A stretch of DNA of 61,867 nucleotides, the filler included, from Chiloscyllium plagiosum (Eukaryota), in NCBI RefSeq assembly GCF_004010195.1. It is 4 parts of one record of this genome, joined end to end, with 100 filler letters (N's around TTAATTAATTAA, not from the genome) between each part and the next. Parts side by side here need not be neighbours in the genome. Positions count along the whole stretch, not along the records: positions 1 to 15,950 come from NC_057713.1; 3 more parts are not named here. One strand, written 5' to 3'. This document shows, piece by piece, positions 1 to 12,662 of this stretch. The translations under genes and the position numbers were made by a program. Position 1 is the first letter of the stretch. Every line of letters begins with the position of its first letter. The notes below the pieces were generated by a model. That model saw only the letters and a program-made list of their open reading frames with translations, was not told the origin of the DNA and made no database searches.

Positions 1-155
1 GACTTGGAGACTAACAGTCCATTCACTTTTAACACAATCTACCATTGTCTACAAGTGTGAATACCTTCCCACGAAAACAACTAAGGGAAACCTTTAATCT
101 TAACAATCCAGTTTCCTGTTGGTGAAATGCAAATCTGCCTCTATGCTACCCTAAT

Positions 156-380
156 TTACTGATAGCCCCAAAATGTAACCATCTTGTAAAAATAATTGTT
201 TGGTTGTACTGAACTTAAAACATGTCTAAAAAGAGACATGAGTTTTAAGCTTTTTGGCTTGCACTCATCAGGATTGAAATGAAGCATAGGCTTAATAAGT
301 TTCTTATTCTTGTCGGCTATAAAACGGGTAAGAGAACCCTCTGGCCCCCAATCTAGGTCTTCGGCCATGCTCCCACCCAT
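156..380 (-). CDS. 74-aa ERV ORF: gag/matrix N-terminus or leader accessory ORF
   Basis: Ideal Kozak context (ACCATGG), begins Met-Gly, lies ~920 nt after the PBS; no recognisable domain. Confidence 0.4.
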   Translation of the reverse strand: MGGSMAEDLDWGPEGSLTRFIADKNKKLIKPMLHFNPDECKPKSLKLMSLFRHVLSSVQPNNYFYKMVTFWGYQ

Positions 381-1260
381 GGTAGGGGCGCAGCGGGTGT
401 AACTTAACAGAAGCTACTTTAAAGTAAAGCTAGCAGGCGTGCTAAGGGATGTTGCTGGCACTGGCGTATTAATCTCCCAGTCGGGGAGCCCACTCCCTGT
501 AAGTCGAACCCTAGCCCCACGGGTCAACCTGGGCAGGGGGGGGATAGTTACAGACGGGGCGCGTGTCGATTCCTGAGCGCGCAACCCCAGGTTTCCGTGA
601 GTCTCTCTCTCACCGCCTAATGTTCAGCGGCCGTGTGTACCCCACAAACACTGGGCGTGAACCAGGGGCCCGAGTGCAGGGGGGGGGGGGGGTGTGAAGT
701 CAGACCTAACCGCGCCTAATCCTACAGAGGCCAATACCTCAGGACCGCGAGGTCAATGGGCAGAGCATATAACCGCCAGTTGGCCCAAAGGCCCCGCGTC
801 TCGGGCTGGTTTGGAGGACTTCCCTTCTTGTAGCGCGTGTAGACCTCCCAGCCTCTACCGCGTACGCAAGGAAGGCGCTAAAACCGGGCTCAACGTACAA
901 TGGGGTCCCCTAACTCCCACTGCAGAGGTCAACCAGGAAGGCTTGTTTGGTTGGTTTTTAAACGGGGGGGGGTCAATCTGTCGGGGTCTCGTACCTAAAG
1001 TCGTCAGTCCAAGGATAGTCCATCAGTGTCAGTAGCACATTGACAATAAACGACAATAATAATAATCACGCACACTTTTACTAGTATTCCGCGACCCCAA
1101 TCGCCCACCCGCGAAGGATCACTCACACACACTTTTAAAGAGTACTCTACTGTTACATAACTGCCGGACTCACTCTGTTCACAGGTTCAGATAACGGCCG
1201 GCAGTGAAGTCCCTTGCGGGGCACTGGGAGACTTCTATGCGAGAAGTAAAAGAGTAAAGA

Positions 1261-1269
1261 TACTCACCC
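1261..1269 (-). promoter_or_regulatory. Retroviral major splice donor candidate
   Basis: GG|GTGAGTA about 35 nt downstream of the PBS. Confidence 0.55.
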
Positions 1270-1301
1270 AGTGCCGTCGCAGGGATCCAGCACCCGTCGT
1301 T

Positions 1302-1320
1302 AACCAGGACGAAGCCCCCA
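1302..1320 (-). promoter_or_regulatory. Primer binding site, tRNA-Pro-like
   Basis: TGGGGGCTTCGTCCTGGTT versus the canonical Pro PBS TGGGGGCTCGTCCGGGAT (1-nt insertion, 3' mismatches). Confidence 0.75.
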
Positions 1321-1322
1321 AT

Positions 1323-1385
1323 TGTTAGCGTGGATGAAATGATATCAGTCCGAGCCCAGAGTGCGGTTCAACAATCGGTAACGCT
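1323..1385 (-). mobile_element. Truncated 5' LTR (U5 end) of the ERV
   Basis: Ends in ...GCTAACA immediately before the PBS. Beyond ~1385 the sequence resembles an old CR1 3' fragment. Confidence 0.45.
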
Positions 1386-1699
1386 TTCAAAAGGATATTG
1401 CATTAGAACCTGAAGAAAGACAATTGCAGGACTAATTGAAAGGACAGACGAGTGTGACTAGATAAATTTCCCTTTTAGAGAACATCACAAACTTGCAGGG
1501 ATGAATAACATTTTCCCATGTTATAGTGATTCTGCATTTCTATGAAGTGTAAAGGATAGGCTTCTACTCCTTTCACATTTATTTGTTTACCTAACTTCCT
1601 CCAAATGTGTCTGGCCACTCTCTGGGTAGAATGCTATCTCCTCAATTTCCAACTGGAAAAATTGATAACTATCAAAAGCTTATTTTGGCCATTACTGAA

Positions 1700-1790
1700 A
1701 GATCATTGACTTGAAAAGCTCTGTTCTTCTCTCTCCACAGATGAAGATGTCAGACCTGCTGAGTGTTTTCAGCATTTTCTGACTTCATTT
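1700..1790 (+). mobile_element. Penelope pseudo-LTR fragment (degenerate)
   Basis: ctctccacagatg...agacctgctgagtgttttcagcatttt matches the pLTR arms at 15377-15585. Confidence 0.55.
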
Positions 1791-2374
1791 GAACATTTGA
1801 AGTGTTTTCTTTTTGAATTATTATTAGTGCATAACGTTCAAATTACTTTGAATAACTGAGCAGGATAGTCATAATGTGAATCTAAAATATGAAGCAGATA
1901 ACAGATAGCAACTGTTGAACTATACTGGAGATTTGCCGCGACATAATTTATAATGTCTGGCAAGTTGTTTGTAACAGAAAAGTGCAGCCAGGAAAACAAA
2001 CTAAAGGAATTTGTGACAGGTCTACATGCCTTTGGTTATGAGCTTGCATGTTTCATTTTCACAGCTAAACTGAAAGTTGCACACACTGATCCCAGTTGGC
2101 ATTCTATTGATTTTGCATGACATTGAGTTGAAAAGAAAAAAAAACAAATTTCTGATATTTCACCTTGGTCCCCAGAGCTTTTCCAAGAATCTATTTTTTA
2201 TACAGAGATGCAATTTGCTGCGTCTTTGATTCGAATGGAAGGTTGATCTGGTCAGCCTGAAGGACAACATTTTCAGTCAATCAATTGTCTTACTACACTC
2301 GATCTTCTGTAGCACAGCTGATTATTACCCCTCAATTGGAACTATGTTGCTGAGCAAAATGTGGAGTGGAATCG

Positions 2375-2505
2375 GAAAGTCACTGTATGTTGGAGGACAT
2401 CAAGGTCGTTGATAAAGCAGCTGAAGATACTTGGGCATTAGAGTCTAACCTGAGGAACTCCTGCAGCAATGTCCTTGGTCTGACGTGATTAACATCCAAT
2501 AACAA
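2375..2505 (-). mobile_element. LINE-B RT fragment
   Basis: Similar to 3530-3660 and to 52370-52500. Confidence 0.5.
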
Positions 2506-3204
2506 TATGGTTATTTCAGATTCTATTCAAACACATGATTAAAGACAGACTTGGTGAAATTCCACCAAGGTCTCTCCATGAAATGCAGCATAAAAACTTA
2601 TAGATACAATATTTCACCTGCCATTGACTATCTTAACATTTATATCACATGCCCTTCTCAATGAACTGTACCAGTCATACAGGTGTTCCTTTCCATGCTG
2701 TCATTAAGGCTGTGAAACATTGTTATCAAGTCATTCTGGATCCAGCTCAGGTCTGCTCCCTTATCATCTTAAGGATGTTGTTCATTCTTGTGAAGGTCAT
2801 TACATTTTATAACTTACACCCTTTTCACTTTCCATCATGCTTTGAGAAAGTGCTCACAGCTACATTTGTCGACTTTAAGCTGTTAGTGTGCATTCAAGTA
2901 CATTACTGATTGAGCTCTGGCTCTGCACTTGGTGAATTTCAAAAGTTTCTGATGCAGCTGCCCCAGGATTTCTTACTGAAATGAAGCCAAAATGACCAGT
3001 CTTCCTTCACACATTGGTATGTTGCCCATATTCTTTCACTGCTCAAAATGGGCCTCCATGGCTAACCTGCTGAGTCTCAGGTCTTGCCAATTCACAACAC
3101 AACAGGTTTGATAAATGTATCATCCATTCACAGCTCCTGTCAGATATAGCTGAGCTGATTGGGACTTGCTTGCCATTGTATTGCCATTTGCTAAGTTTTT
3201 TTTT

Positions 3205-4552
3205 GTTCTGTTCATGGGGCAGCATTTATTGCCCATTCTTGTAGCCACACTTCTTATATGACCAGTCCACGTCAGTGTCAGAATTCAGGTTGTGGATATT
3301 CGGGGATTCACTGATGGTGGTGCCATTGAATGTCAAGGGTCGATCATTAGATTTTTCCCTTTTGGAGATGGCCTTTGCACTTGCATGGCACTATTATTTT
3401 TATTGCTTGTCAGTTCAAACTTAGATGTTGTCCAGGTCTTGTTGTATTTGAATGCATACTGCTTCATTTTAAGAGGAGTCACAAATGTTGTTGAATATTG
3501 TACAATCATCGATAAACATTTCTACTCGTGATCTTATGATGGAGGGAAGGCCATTGATAAAGCAATTGAGGATTGTTGGACCAAGGACTGTACCCTGAGG
3601 AGCTCCTGCAGAGATGCCCTGGAGTTGAGATGACTGACCTCCAACAACCACGGTCATCTTCCTTTCTATCAGGTAGGTCTTCAACCAGTGGAGAGCTTTC
3701 TCCCTGATACCCATTGATTCCAATTTTGCGAGGGTTCCTCGATGTCACACTTAATCAAATGCAGCCTTGCTGTCATTTTCACCTTACCTCTGAAATTCAG
3801 CTCTTCTGTCCATGTCTGAAGTAAGGCTATAATGAGGTCAGGAGCTGAGAGGTCCTGCGGAACCCAAATGGAGCATCAGTGGGAAGCTTATTACTGATCA
3901 TGAGCTGCTTAATGGCATTGTCGATGCCCCCTTCCATCACTTTAGTGATAATAAACAATGGACTAGTAGGTCAGTTTGATAGATTATCATTGTTCCTTTT
4001 TAAGTGTACAGGGCAAATCTGGGTAATTATTGGGTGGATGCCAATAATGTAGCTTGACTGGAACAGCTTTGCTCGGGATGCAGAAAGTTCTGCAGCTCTT
4101 GCCTTCAGTACTATTACTGGAAAATCATCAGAGCCCATAATCTTTTCAGTATCTATTTCTTAATATTATGTGGAGTGAATCGAATTAGCTGAAGACTGGT
4201 ACCTGATGCTGGGGATCACTGGAGGAGGTCAAGATAGATCATCTGTTCAAGATGTCTGGCTGAAGATTATTATGAATGCTTGAGCCTTATTATTGCATGG
4301 CACCCATTATTGTAGATGAGATATTTGTGGAGTTTCCTCCTCCAGTGAGTTGTTTAATTCTTCACCACTATTCATGATTAGATATGGCAGGACTGCAGAG
4401 CTTAAATTGAACCCATTGACTATGGAATCACTTAGCTCTGCTTATCACTTGTTGGTTATGCTGTTTGACATGCAAGTAATCCAGTTTTGTAATATCACCA
4501 GGTTGACACCATATTTTTAGATCTGTCTAGTGCTGCTCTTGGCACACCTTCC
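3205..4552 (-). mobile_element. LINE-B (CR1-group) fragment, RT region with internal deletions
   Basis: ORF 3469-3723 ...GAPQGTVLGPT...FIDDC contains RT motifs; homologous to 49873-53390. Confidence 0.8.
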
Positions 4553-5720
4553 TAGTTTTAGTCAGACATCCCTAATTTTCTACTTCATTCCTTTTAAATA
4601 AAACCCAACATTCCATTTGCCTTTCCTATTACCCACTAATATTGTATACTAGCTTCTTGTAATTCATGCCTAACAACCCCAATATATTTCTGACTTGCTG
4701 ATTCCTGCAGTCTTTCCCATTTAAATAATATTCAGCTCCTCTAATCTTCTTGCCAAAGGGCATAATCTCATATTTTCCTACAGTATGTTCCATCTGCTAA
4801 GTTTTTGCTGACCCACTTACTTGTTTATATCCCTCTGCAGATCTTTTTGTGTTACCTACACCACTGCCTTCCACTTATTTTTACGTCATCTGCAAATCTA
4901 GCTGTAACAGATTCATTTCCCTTAGCCAAATCTTTAATTTATATAAAACTAAAATCTCAGCAGGTCTGCCAGCGTCTGTGGAGAGAAATCCAAAGAGAGT
5001 CACAGGATCCAAAAAATGAGCTCTAATTTCTATCCACAGATTCTGCCAGATCTGCTGAGGTTTTCCAGCACTTTCTGCTTTTGTGTCTTTTCTATGTATT
5101 GTTGATAAGTGTGGCCCCAACACTTGTCCCTGGGGCACGCCATAAATTATAGGTTTCCAGCTTGAAAATGTCCTCTTCCCTCAACTCTCTGTCTTCTTTC
5201 CTCAACTAAATCTTTATCCATGTGAATATGTGAGGCCTATCGCCATGGGTTTATCTTATCAATCAGTCTAATGTATGATACTTTATTGATTGCCTTTTGG
5301 ACATTCAAATATATTCCTCTTGCTGCTTCCCCTTCAATGCTCTGTTTATTGATTTCTCAAAGAATTCTACTAAACAAAACATCAGTCATGATTTGCCCTT
5401 CATGAGGCCATACTGACTCTGCTTTTATTGTATTATGTATTTCTTCTCCAACCTTCACAATCCACTCTACCATTTTAGCAATGATAGAAACCACATGTTA
5501 ATTACCTTTATATTGTTTTTCTCCTTTTTTGAATAAGGAAGCCCCATTGACAGTTTTCCCATCTTCTGGTACTTTTCCAGAATCAAGGATTCTTGGATGA
5601 TTTCAGTGCATTGATTATCTGTATGACTACTTCTGTTGAAATGCTATGTTATGAGTCTAGAGGTCCAGGGGATTTATCTACTTTGAGATGTATTTGTTTC
5701 CTGAGCACTTTTTCTTCAGT
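4553..5720 (-). mobile_element. Old CR1 ORF2 fragment
   Basis: PQGQVLGP motif (ORF 4881-5138); collinear with the younger CR1 at 56727-58336. Confidence 0.65.
4950..5085. mobile_element. Inverted Penelope pLTR pair inserted in the CR1
   Basis: ctcagcaggtctgccagcgtctgtggaga ... tccacagattctgccagatctgctgag form inverted arms. Confidence 0.6.
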
Positions 5721-5799
5721 ATTAGTTATTTTGTTTATTTCCTCTCCAACACCAGCGCCCCCCTCCCCCCCACCCCAACCCCAAGCCAATGTTAGACCT

Positions 5800-7080
5800 T
5801 GGTTATGAAGTTAAGACTTCTTGAACTGCAGCAGTCCATGAGCTGTAAGTTGACCTATAATGCCTACCCAGTGACAATGAAGGAACAGCGATATACTTCC
5901 AAGTCAGGATGGCAGATAGCTTGAACTCACAGGTCGTGGTGGTGTTCCCTTGTATCTACTGCCCTGTCCTTCTAGATGGAAGCTATCATGGGTTTGGAAG
6001 TGCTATCTCAGGGTGTATGCTGAATTTCTGCAGTGTGTCTTGTAGATTGAGCACACTGTTGTTAATCAGCAGTGGAGAAAATGGATATTTGAGGATGTGG
6101 TGTCAATCAAGTGAGCTGCTTTGTTCTGGATGGTGTCAAGCTTCTTGAGTGATGATGGAGCTGTACCCATTCAGGCAAGTGGGGAGAATTCCATCACACC
6201 CCTGATTTGTGCCTTGTAGATTGTGAACAAGCTTTGTGGGTCAGGAGGTAAGTTATTTGTTGCAGTATTCACAGCCTCTGACCTGCTTTTGTAGCCATCA
6301 TGTTTATGAGGTGAGTTTAGGTGAGTTTCTGATCAATGGTATCCTAAGGATGTTGATAGTGGGGGATTCATTGATGGTAAAATCATTGAATGTCAAGGGA
6401 TGGCCATTTGTATAGCGATTATAACAAGGTCAGCCAGGTGGACCTCATAGAAAATGAGTTCCCTGATTAGGGCTGTTAATCCAGTCCAATCAGGGAGCCC
6501 TGGCTGACAGATTAGAACAGGAGTGTCAGTCTGAGAGTTGGCTCGGAGGTAGCTGGATCAGTGTGAAGGACTGTTCATGTGCAAATAAAGGGTGACTTGG
6601 TGTCAGGATTGTGACCGCTGGGGAGTTATTTCAGTTTGAATGTCTGTTATTTGAGATGATCATTGCTTGACAATTGTGTAGTTCCACTAGTCAGCCCAAG
6701 CTGGATATTGTCCAGATCTTGTTGCATTTGAATAGATGGCTTCAGGATATGAGGACTTGCAAATGGTGTTGAACATTGTGCAATTATCATTGAATATCCC
6801 CACTTCTGACCATATGATAGGGGGAAGGCCATTGATGAAATAGGTGAAAATGATCTGCCCTAAGATACTAACCTGAGGATCTCCTGCAGAAGTATTCTGG
6901 ATATCATTCTCTCCTCATCTCAGGAATTCAGATTTTTTTGTCCCTATTTGAACCAAGCCTGTATTGAGGTCAGGAGCTGAGTGGCCCTGGCGGAACCTAA
7001 ACTGGGCGTCACTGAGCAGGTTATTGCTGAGCAGGTGCTGCTTAATGGCACTGTTTATGACATCTTCCATCACTTTCTGA
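5800..7080 (-). mobile_element. LINE-B 3' half, interrupted by a solo LTR
   Basis: KVMEDVINSAIKQHLLSNNLLSDAQFRFRQGHSAPDL (ORF 6915-7193) matches 51680-51800. Confidence 0.8.
6411..6633 (+). mobile_element. Solo LTR, family A (~220 bp)
   Basis: T(A/G)...TTATTTCA termini, CCAAT box, ACAGGAGTGTC, AATAAA; TSD atttg/gtttg. Confidence 0.7.
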
Positions 7081-8211
7081 AAAGTTGCAGAATCCAATTG
7101 ATTTGGGTCAGATCCATTCCCACCCCATGAATCAGTGTAAAACCAACTTTGATTGTTGCAACCGTGGATTGTTCCTTCCTTTTCCATAGTCAACCTAAAC
7201 CTTATGATACAATTAGTGCTGTCTTAATAAATGTTCCCTCATTGATTCTTGCTGTGTTTGATCCACCTCATTCCCAGGAATCAGATGTAGCAGCATTTCA
7301 TTCTTTGTTGGATTGGAAATGTACTTCTGCAGAAAACTTTGTGAACACATTCCAGGAACGTTTGTCCCATTACATTATGACAATCTATCTACACGCAATG
7401 TTTGGATAGTGAATGCCTCCCATTATAAATCCTCTATAGTTCATTCAAATCTCTGTCATCTCCTTGCAAACTTCCTCCTCGACACCTTTCCCTTTCTCTT
7501 TCATCAATGACACCTCTCTTTTTATTCATTTCCAATCCTCCTTGACGACCTTACATGGAAGAATATTTAATACCCAGCCCTGCCCTGGTTTGTAATCATG
7601 TCACGTCATCATGTTTCCATGGACCAAACTTTGCCTCTAATTAATCATCTCACCTTCAAGACAGGCAAAAGAAGAGCCTTAAATCCAGGCCTGTAGATAA
7701 TGCATTATGGGAGTGTAGCTAACATTCTGGCTGAGTTCCTGTAAGAAACCAATGCGATCCTTTTGGAATTACATTACATTTTTCTTTTCACAAGATGGCA
7801 AGTTTTATGCTACTTATTACTCCATTTCAATTGCGATTTTTTAGTACTAGTTTTTTTGTATAAGTCATTTGTGCAGATGTAACTTTTAAGATTATAAAAT
7901 ACATTTCTTAAATGTTTAAATATTTTAAAGCTATTACAGAACATCAGATGAAAAGAGAGAGGTGTTAGTCAACCAAAACGCTGTGTTTAGTTCACCATGA
8001 TACTCTTTGAATATAATCTGATGGAGTATTGAGAACTTGCAAACCGAGCATTACTATCTCACTCTGAGCATGTATAATTTATACATTGATGTACATGCAA
8101 AATAGTAGTTGCCGTCAGGTTGAAGACGGTAACAGCTGAAGCGACTGATGAGATAAATTGTTCTCAAGTGGCTTACGTCCATCCAAATAGACTACTCCTC
8201 CTGCTATTTCT

Positions 8212-8711
8212 NNNNNNNNNNNNNNNNNNNNNNNNNNNNNNNNNNNNNNNNNNNNNNNNNNNNNNNNNNNNNNNNNNNNNNNNNNNNNNNNNNNNNNNNN
8301 NNNNNNNNNNNNNNNNNNNNNNNNNNNNNNNNNNNNNNNNNNNNNNNNNNNNNNNNNNNNNNNNNNNNNNNNNNNNNNNNNNNNNNNNNNNNNNNNNNNN
8401 NNNNNNNNNNNNNNNNNNNNNNNNNNNNNNNNNNNNNNNNNNNNNNNNNNNNNNNNNNNNNNNNNNNNNNNNNNNNNNNNNNNNNNNNNNNNNNNNNNNN
8501 NNNNNNNNNNNNNNNNNNNNNNNNNNNNNNNNNNNNNNNNNNNNNNNNNNNNNNNNNNNNNNNNNNNNNNNNNNNNNNNNNNNNNNNNNNNNNNNNNNNN
8601 NNNNNNNNNNNNNNNNNNNNNNNNNNNNNNNNNNNNNNNNNNNNNNNNNNNNNNNNNNNNNNNNNNNNNNNNNNNNNNNNNNNNNNNNNNNNNNNNNNNN
8701 NNNNNNNNNNN
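8212..8711. other. Assembly gap (500 N), followed by a G/T-rich simple repeat at 8712-8770
   Basis: N run. Confidence 0.99.
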
Positions 8712-9269
8712 TGTGCGGTGGTGGTAATTGGGGGTGTGTAGTGGTGGTAGTTGGGGGTGTGTGGTGGTGTTGACAAACTCTTGAACAGGGTGACCTGCGC
8801 AAACCCATGATAGCTGCCTCTGGTCATGCTGCAACTCCCTTCCTGCCTCTAAAATACAGCTGTCTGAAAATGGAGCCAGAGAACCATCACGCTGGCTGGC
8901 TGTGCCATTTGCAGTGTACCCCTGGCCATGGAGAGATCCAGCAAACCTGCTGCTTTGCTTTCCACAGCTGCCATTCAGCAGCATGGTGAGGCATCGATTC
9001 CTCTGTCTGTTTCCCTCAGACAATGGCCATTCCGACAAACCTCTCCCCCGTGTCTGGACAGCTTTTCATGGTTGTGGCTCACACTATAACCACTGATGGT
9101 CCACTGGCCTTTTTAGTTCAACCAGAAGTGGAAAGTAAATATCATCAATTCCTATTATGCTGCCATTGGTTAATTGATAGCCATTCTGACATCCATTAAA
9201 CTAACTATTTCAGGTATTTTCTATTCGCACAGCAGCTTCCACTGCCTTTTGAAAGCTTTGAATATCCAA

Positions 9270-10085
9270 ATTAGGAGCAGAAGTAGGTGATTTGTTTGTT
9301 CAAACCTTATTAAATAAAATCATGGCTGATCTAGTTTGAACATCAATTCTACTTTTCCTGCCTACCGCTGTCACCTTTCACCCACTCATTTTCAAGAATC
9401 TATCTGCCTCTGCATTAAAGCCAATCAAGGATTCTGTCTCTATTGTCTTTTGAGGAACAGAGTTTCAAGACTCACAGCCACCTGACAGAGAGAAAAAAAA
9501 ATCTCCTTATCTCTGCCTTATTTTTAAATAGGGATTCCTAGTTGTAAACTCTCCCACCAGTGGAAACATCCTTTCTACAAAAACCTTGTTAAGACATTTC
9601 AGGGTCTTGTATATTTCAACAAAGTCACTTCTTACACTTTTGAATTCAAATAGTTCCAAGCCTAATCTGTAAAACCTTTTCACATACAACAAGTGGCCCA
9701 TTTAGCCTGGCAAACCTGCATGAACTGCCACCGATATATTTCCAGTCTTCCTTGAATAAGGAGATCAATACTGGACACTGCACTCCACATGTGTCCTTAT
9801 CTCCTTTGCACTGTATAAAATATGAAGCATGACCATCCTATTCCTGTAGTCAATTCCCCTTGCAATAGTGTTATCTTTGCTTTTCAAAGTATTTGTTGTA
9901 CTTACTAACCATTTATGATTCATACTCTTTCGCATCTGGGTTCCTCTGCTTCTCTGAGCTTTGCAATATCACACCATTCATGCTTCTTTATTATTCTTCC
10001 TGCCAAAAAGAGCAATTCCTCATTTTCCCACATCATTTTCAATTTGCCAAATCTCTCCGCACTCACCTAACTTTTCTGTACTCTG
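9270..10085 (-). mobile_element. Old CR1 3' portion
   Basis: RLGLELFEFKSVRSDFVEIYK...RMFPLVGE is the CR1 ORF2 C-terminus. Confidence 0.75.
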
Positions 10086-10196
10086 TAGAGGCAGAAACAA
10101 AATTAACATTTTGAATCTGATCTGACTTTTCTTTGGAAATGAAGGAGACTGGAAAATAATGTTTTTTATCTTCTTTCCATAGACGGAGGTGTGAGT

Positions 10197-10600
10197 TAGC
10201 GGGTTTTGAGAAGATTTGTTGCTCAGGTTGAGGTTCTGGATGTAGGTTTGCTCATTGAGCTGGAAGGTTCGTTTTCCGACGTTTCATCACTATACTAGGT
10301 AACAGAGACACACATGGAATTCCTAGGAGCATGGCATTCCAACTGGAACTCTATCAACAAATACATTAACTTGGATCCCATTTACCACCCCCTGAGAAAA
10401 AGGACAGAAAATGACATCACCATAGGAAATGATGTCACTACAGGAAATGACATCACCAACGCAAGGAAACTCAAACATATAAATAGAAAGTGGACTACAC
10501 CACCAGTGCTTCCTTCGGAGGCTCACTGAAGATGTTACCTAGTATGGTGACGAAACATCTGAATATGAACCTTATAGCTCAGTGAGCAAACCTACATCCA
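10197..10600 (+). mobile_element. 5'-truncated Poseidon-type Penelope element with an inverted pLTR
   Basis: GIY-YIG C-terminus EFLGAWHSNWNSINKYINLDPIY; 10234-10303 is the inverted copy of 10534-10602; flanking direct repeat gaggt(g/a)tgagt. Confidence 0.8.
10526..10560 (+). ncRNA. Minimal hammerhead ribozyme (Penelope pLTR)
   Basis: CTGAAGA-T-GTTACC/TAGTAT/GGTGAC-GAAAC. Confidence 0.75.
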
Positions 10601-10902
10601 GAGGTATGAGTGAAACAGATGGTGAGAGTGCCCACACCAAAAATAAAGGGAGGGCTGATGCTGGTAGCGGAGGGTAGAGATGAAAAATAGATTAATAGTA
10701 GATCTGAATAGTTGATAATAGGTCAGTGTCCTTGAGAGCAAACCCATACAAGTAAGACATTGATGGGAGAAAGGTAATATAACAAATGAGAGATCGATGT
10801 TAATGCTTTGAAATTGTTGAACTCAAAGATGAACCCTGAAATGCCAAAGCAGAAAATGAGGTGCTGTTCCTCCAACTTGCACTGAGGTTTGCTGCAAAAC
10901 TT

Positions 10903-11225
10903 GGGCAGCACAGTGGCTCAGTAGTTAGTGCTGCTCCCACACAATGCCATGGATGTGGGTTCAATTCCATCCTCATCTATGTGGAGTTTGCACATTCTCT
11001 GCATGACTTTCCTTTGGGTGCTCCAGTCTCCTTCCACAGTCCAAAGATATGCAAATTAGGCGTGTTAACTTGCCCATAGTGTCCAGGGATGTGCAGGTTA
11101 GGTTGACTATCCATGGGAAATGCAGGGTTTTAGGGAGTGTGGGTCTGGCTGGGCTGCTCTTTGGAGGTGTGATGTGGAGTCAATGGGCCAAATAGCCTGC
11201 TTCCACACTGTCGGGATTCTATGAT
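10903..11225 (+). mobile_element. HE1-type tRNA-derived SINE (older copy)
   Basis: ggcagcacagtggctcagtagttag head, gtggagtttgcacattctc body, CR1-like tail. Confidence 0.85.
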
Positions 11226-11875
11226 CCTGTAAACTGTAGCAGACAAATTACAAAATGTTAGCATGAGAGCAAGACAGTGTATTGAAATGGAAAGTGACTG
11301 GAAGTTTGGGATCATTCTATGGACAGAGCACAGATGTTGTGGAGAGTGGTTACCAAGTATAAGCAAACCATTACTTCCCCAGAAAAATGCATTTGAGAAC
11401 TTTGACGGAGGAGGTAAAAGAGTATTACTCTTTCTGCAATTAAATGGGAAGGTGCCATGGACAGAGTTAGAAACTATAAGGATTGATGGAGGAGTGGACC
11501 AGAATGTGTCTCAGGGAACTGTCCCTGCAAAAAGCCAGCAAGGGATTGGAGTGGAAGAAGTGTTCTGTAGTACTATCCTTCTGGAAGTGGCAGAAATAGC
11601 ACAGTATAATCCTTTGCATGTGAAAGTTTTTCGGGTAGTAAGTGAGAAGAAAGGGAATGCCATGGGAATGATGGAAAGGAGTGAGAGACAGGGAGTGAGC
11701 CAGAGACAGGTGAGAGGCCTGCTGAGGCAACCTGTGAAAGGTGGAACAAAAGGCTATCGAGATTGAGAACCTCTTAACAGAAAGGAGGGGGTCCTTGTAG
11801 GGAGCAGCGTGTGAGTACGTTTAGTTAATGTAACTGTGGACATTTGGTGGGTTTGGAATGGATATTGGTGGACAG

Positions 11876-12662
11876 TGTTATGGATCAGACCAAATTCCCT
11901 TAAAATATTTTAAGAAAATGGCCTAGACCCCAATTTTTTCTTATTTTTAATGGCACATGTAAGGTGTTGTGTTCCAAATGCAAAACTACCAGGCTTGAAG
12001 CAAAATACATTTTCTACTGACACAATAATTAACAGCTAGCTACCTGATGAAGGAGCAGCGCTCTGAAAGCTTGTGCTTCCAAATAACCTGTTGGACTATA
12101 ACCCGGTGTTATGTGATTTTTAACTTTGACCACCCCAGTCCAACACCGGCACTTCCTCATCATGATTATAGTTCACATACAAACAAAAGAAAGAAGAATT
12201 GGAATAACTTAACGCTATTGGAAAGCTGAACAGAATAATATATAATTTAACTACTAAACAGCAACACTCATAATATAATTACATCCCATAAACATATTCT
12301 TGGCAAAGGCAAATTCAGTAAAATAGATTTTCTCACAGGCAACTCTCCAGCCCAGGAGGAAAGAATATCAAGAGAAAACTCTGAGAGAGTGAGAGAACTC
12401 AAGTATTTTGCTACAGCAGGGAGAGATGTACAGCAGCTTCCAATCCCCAACAACTACTGAAAGTTAAGCTAAAGCCTTGCTTCTATGGGAGCGTGACCCC
12501 ATCCCTTCATGTTATTTCTATTACTTCAACTTAAAACAAAACCCAAGGCCTCACACCTGATTACTTTTTTGGCTTAGAACAGACTGCTCAGAAACCCGGT
12601 CTCAACTCTCTTCATAAAAAAAAAGACCAAAATACTGTTCCAAATGCCAGACTAATGTCACA
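11876..12662. mobile_element. Solo LTR, family B (~790 bp including a Penelope insert)
   Basis: TGTTA...TCACA termini, 4-bp TSD ACAG (11872-11875 and 12663-12666); cleanly splits the Neptune element. Confidence 0.7.
12040..12160 (+). mobile_element. Penelope pLTR unit with hammerhead (12044-12071)
   Basis: CTGATGA-A-GGAGC/AGC/GCTCT-GAAAGCTT, then ...gttggactataacc...ccccagtccaacacc. Confidence 0.75.

Larger units (their letters stand above)
1..1320 (-). mobile_element. Endogenous retrovirus 5' leader/internal region, continuing beyond the left edge
   Basis: The minus strand reads ...CGCTAACA-AT-TGGGGGCTTCGTCC (LTR end CA, 2 nt, PBS), followed by a splice donor and a CpG-rich leader unlike the AT-rich flanks. 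Confidence 0.75.

Noticed and set aside
694..1035. 113-aa plus-strand ORF
   Set aside because: GTG start, antisense to the GC-rich ERV leader, no motif.
8115..9038. ORFs of 200-300 aa
   Set aside because: They span a 500-N gap.
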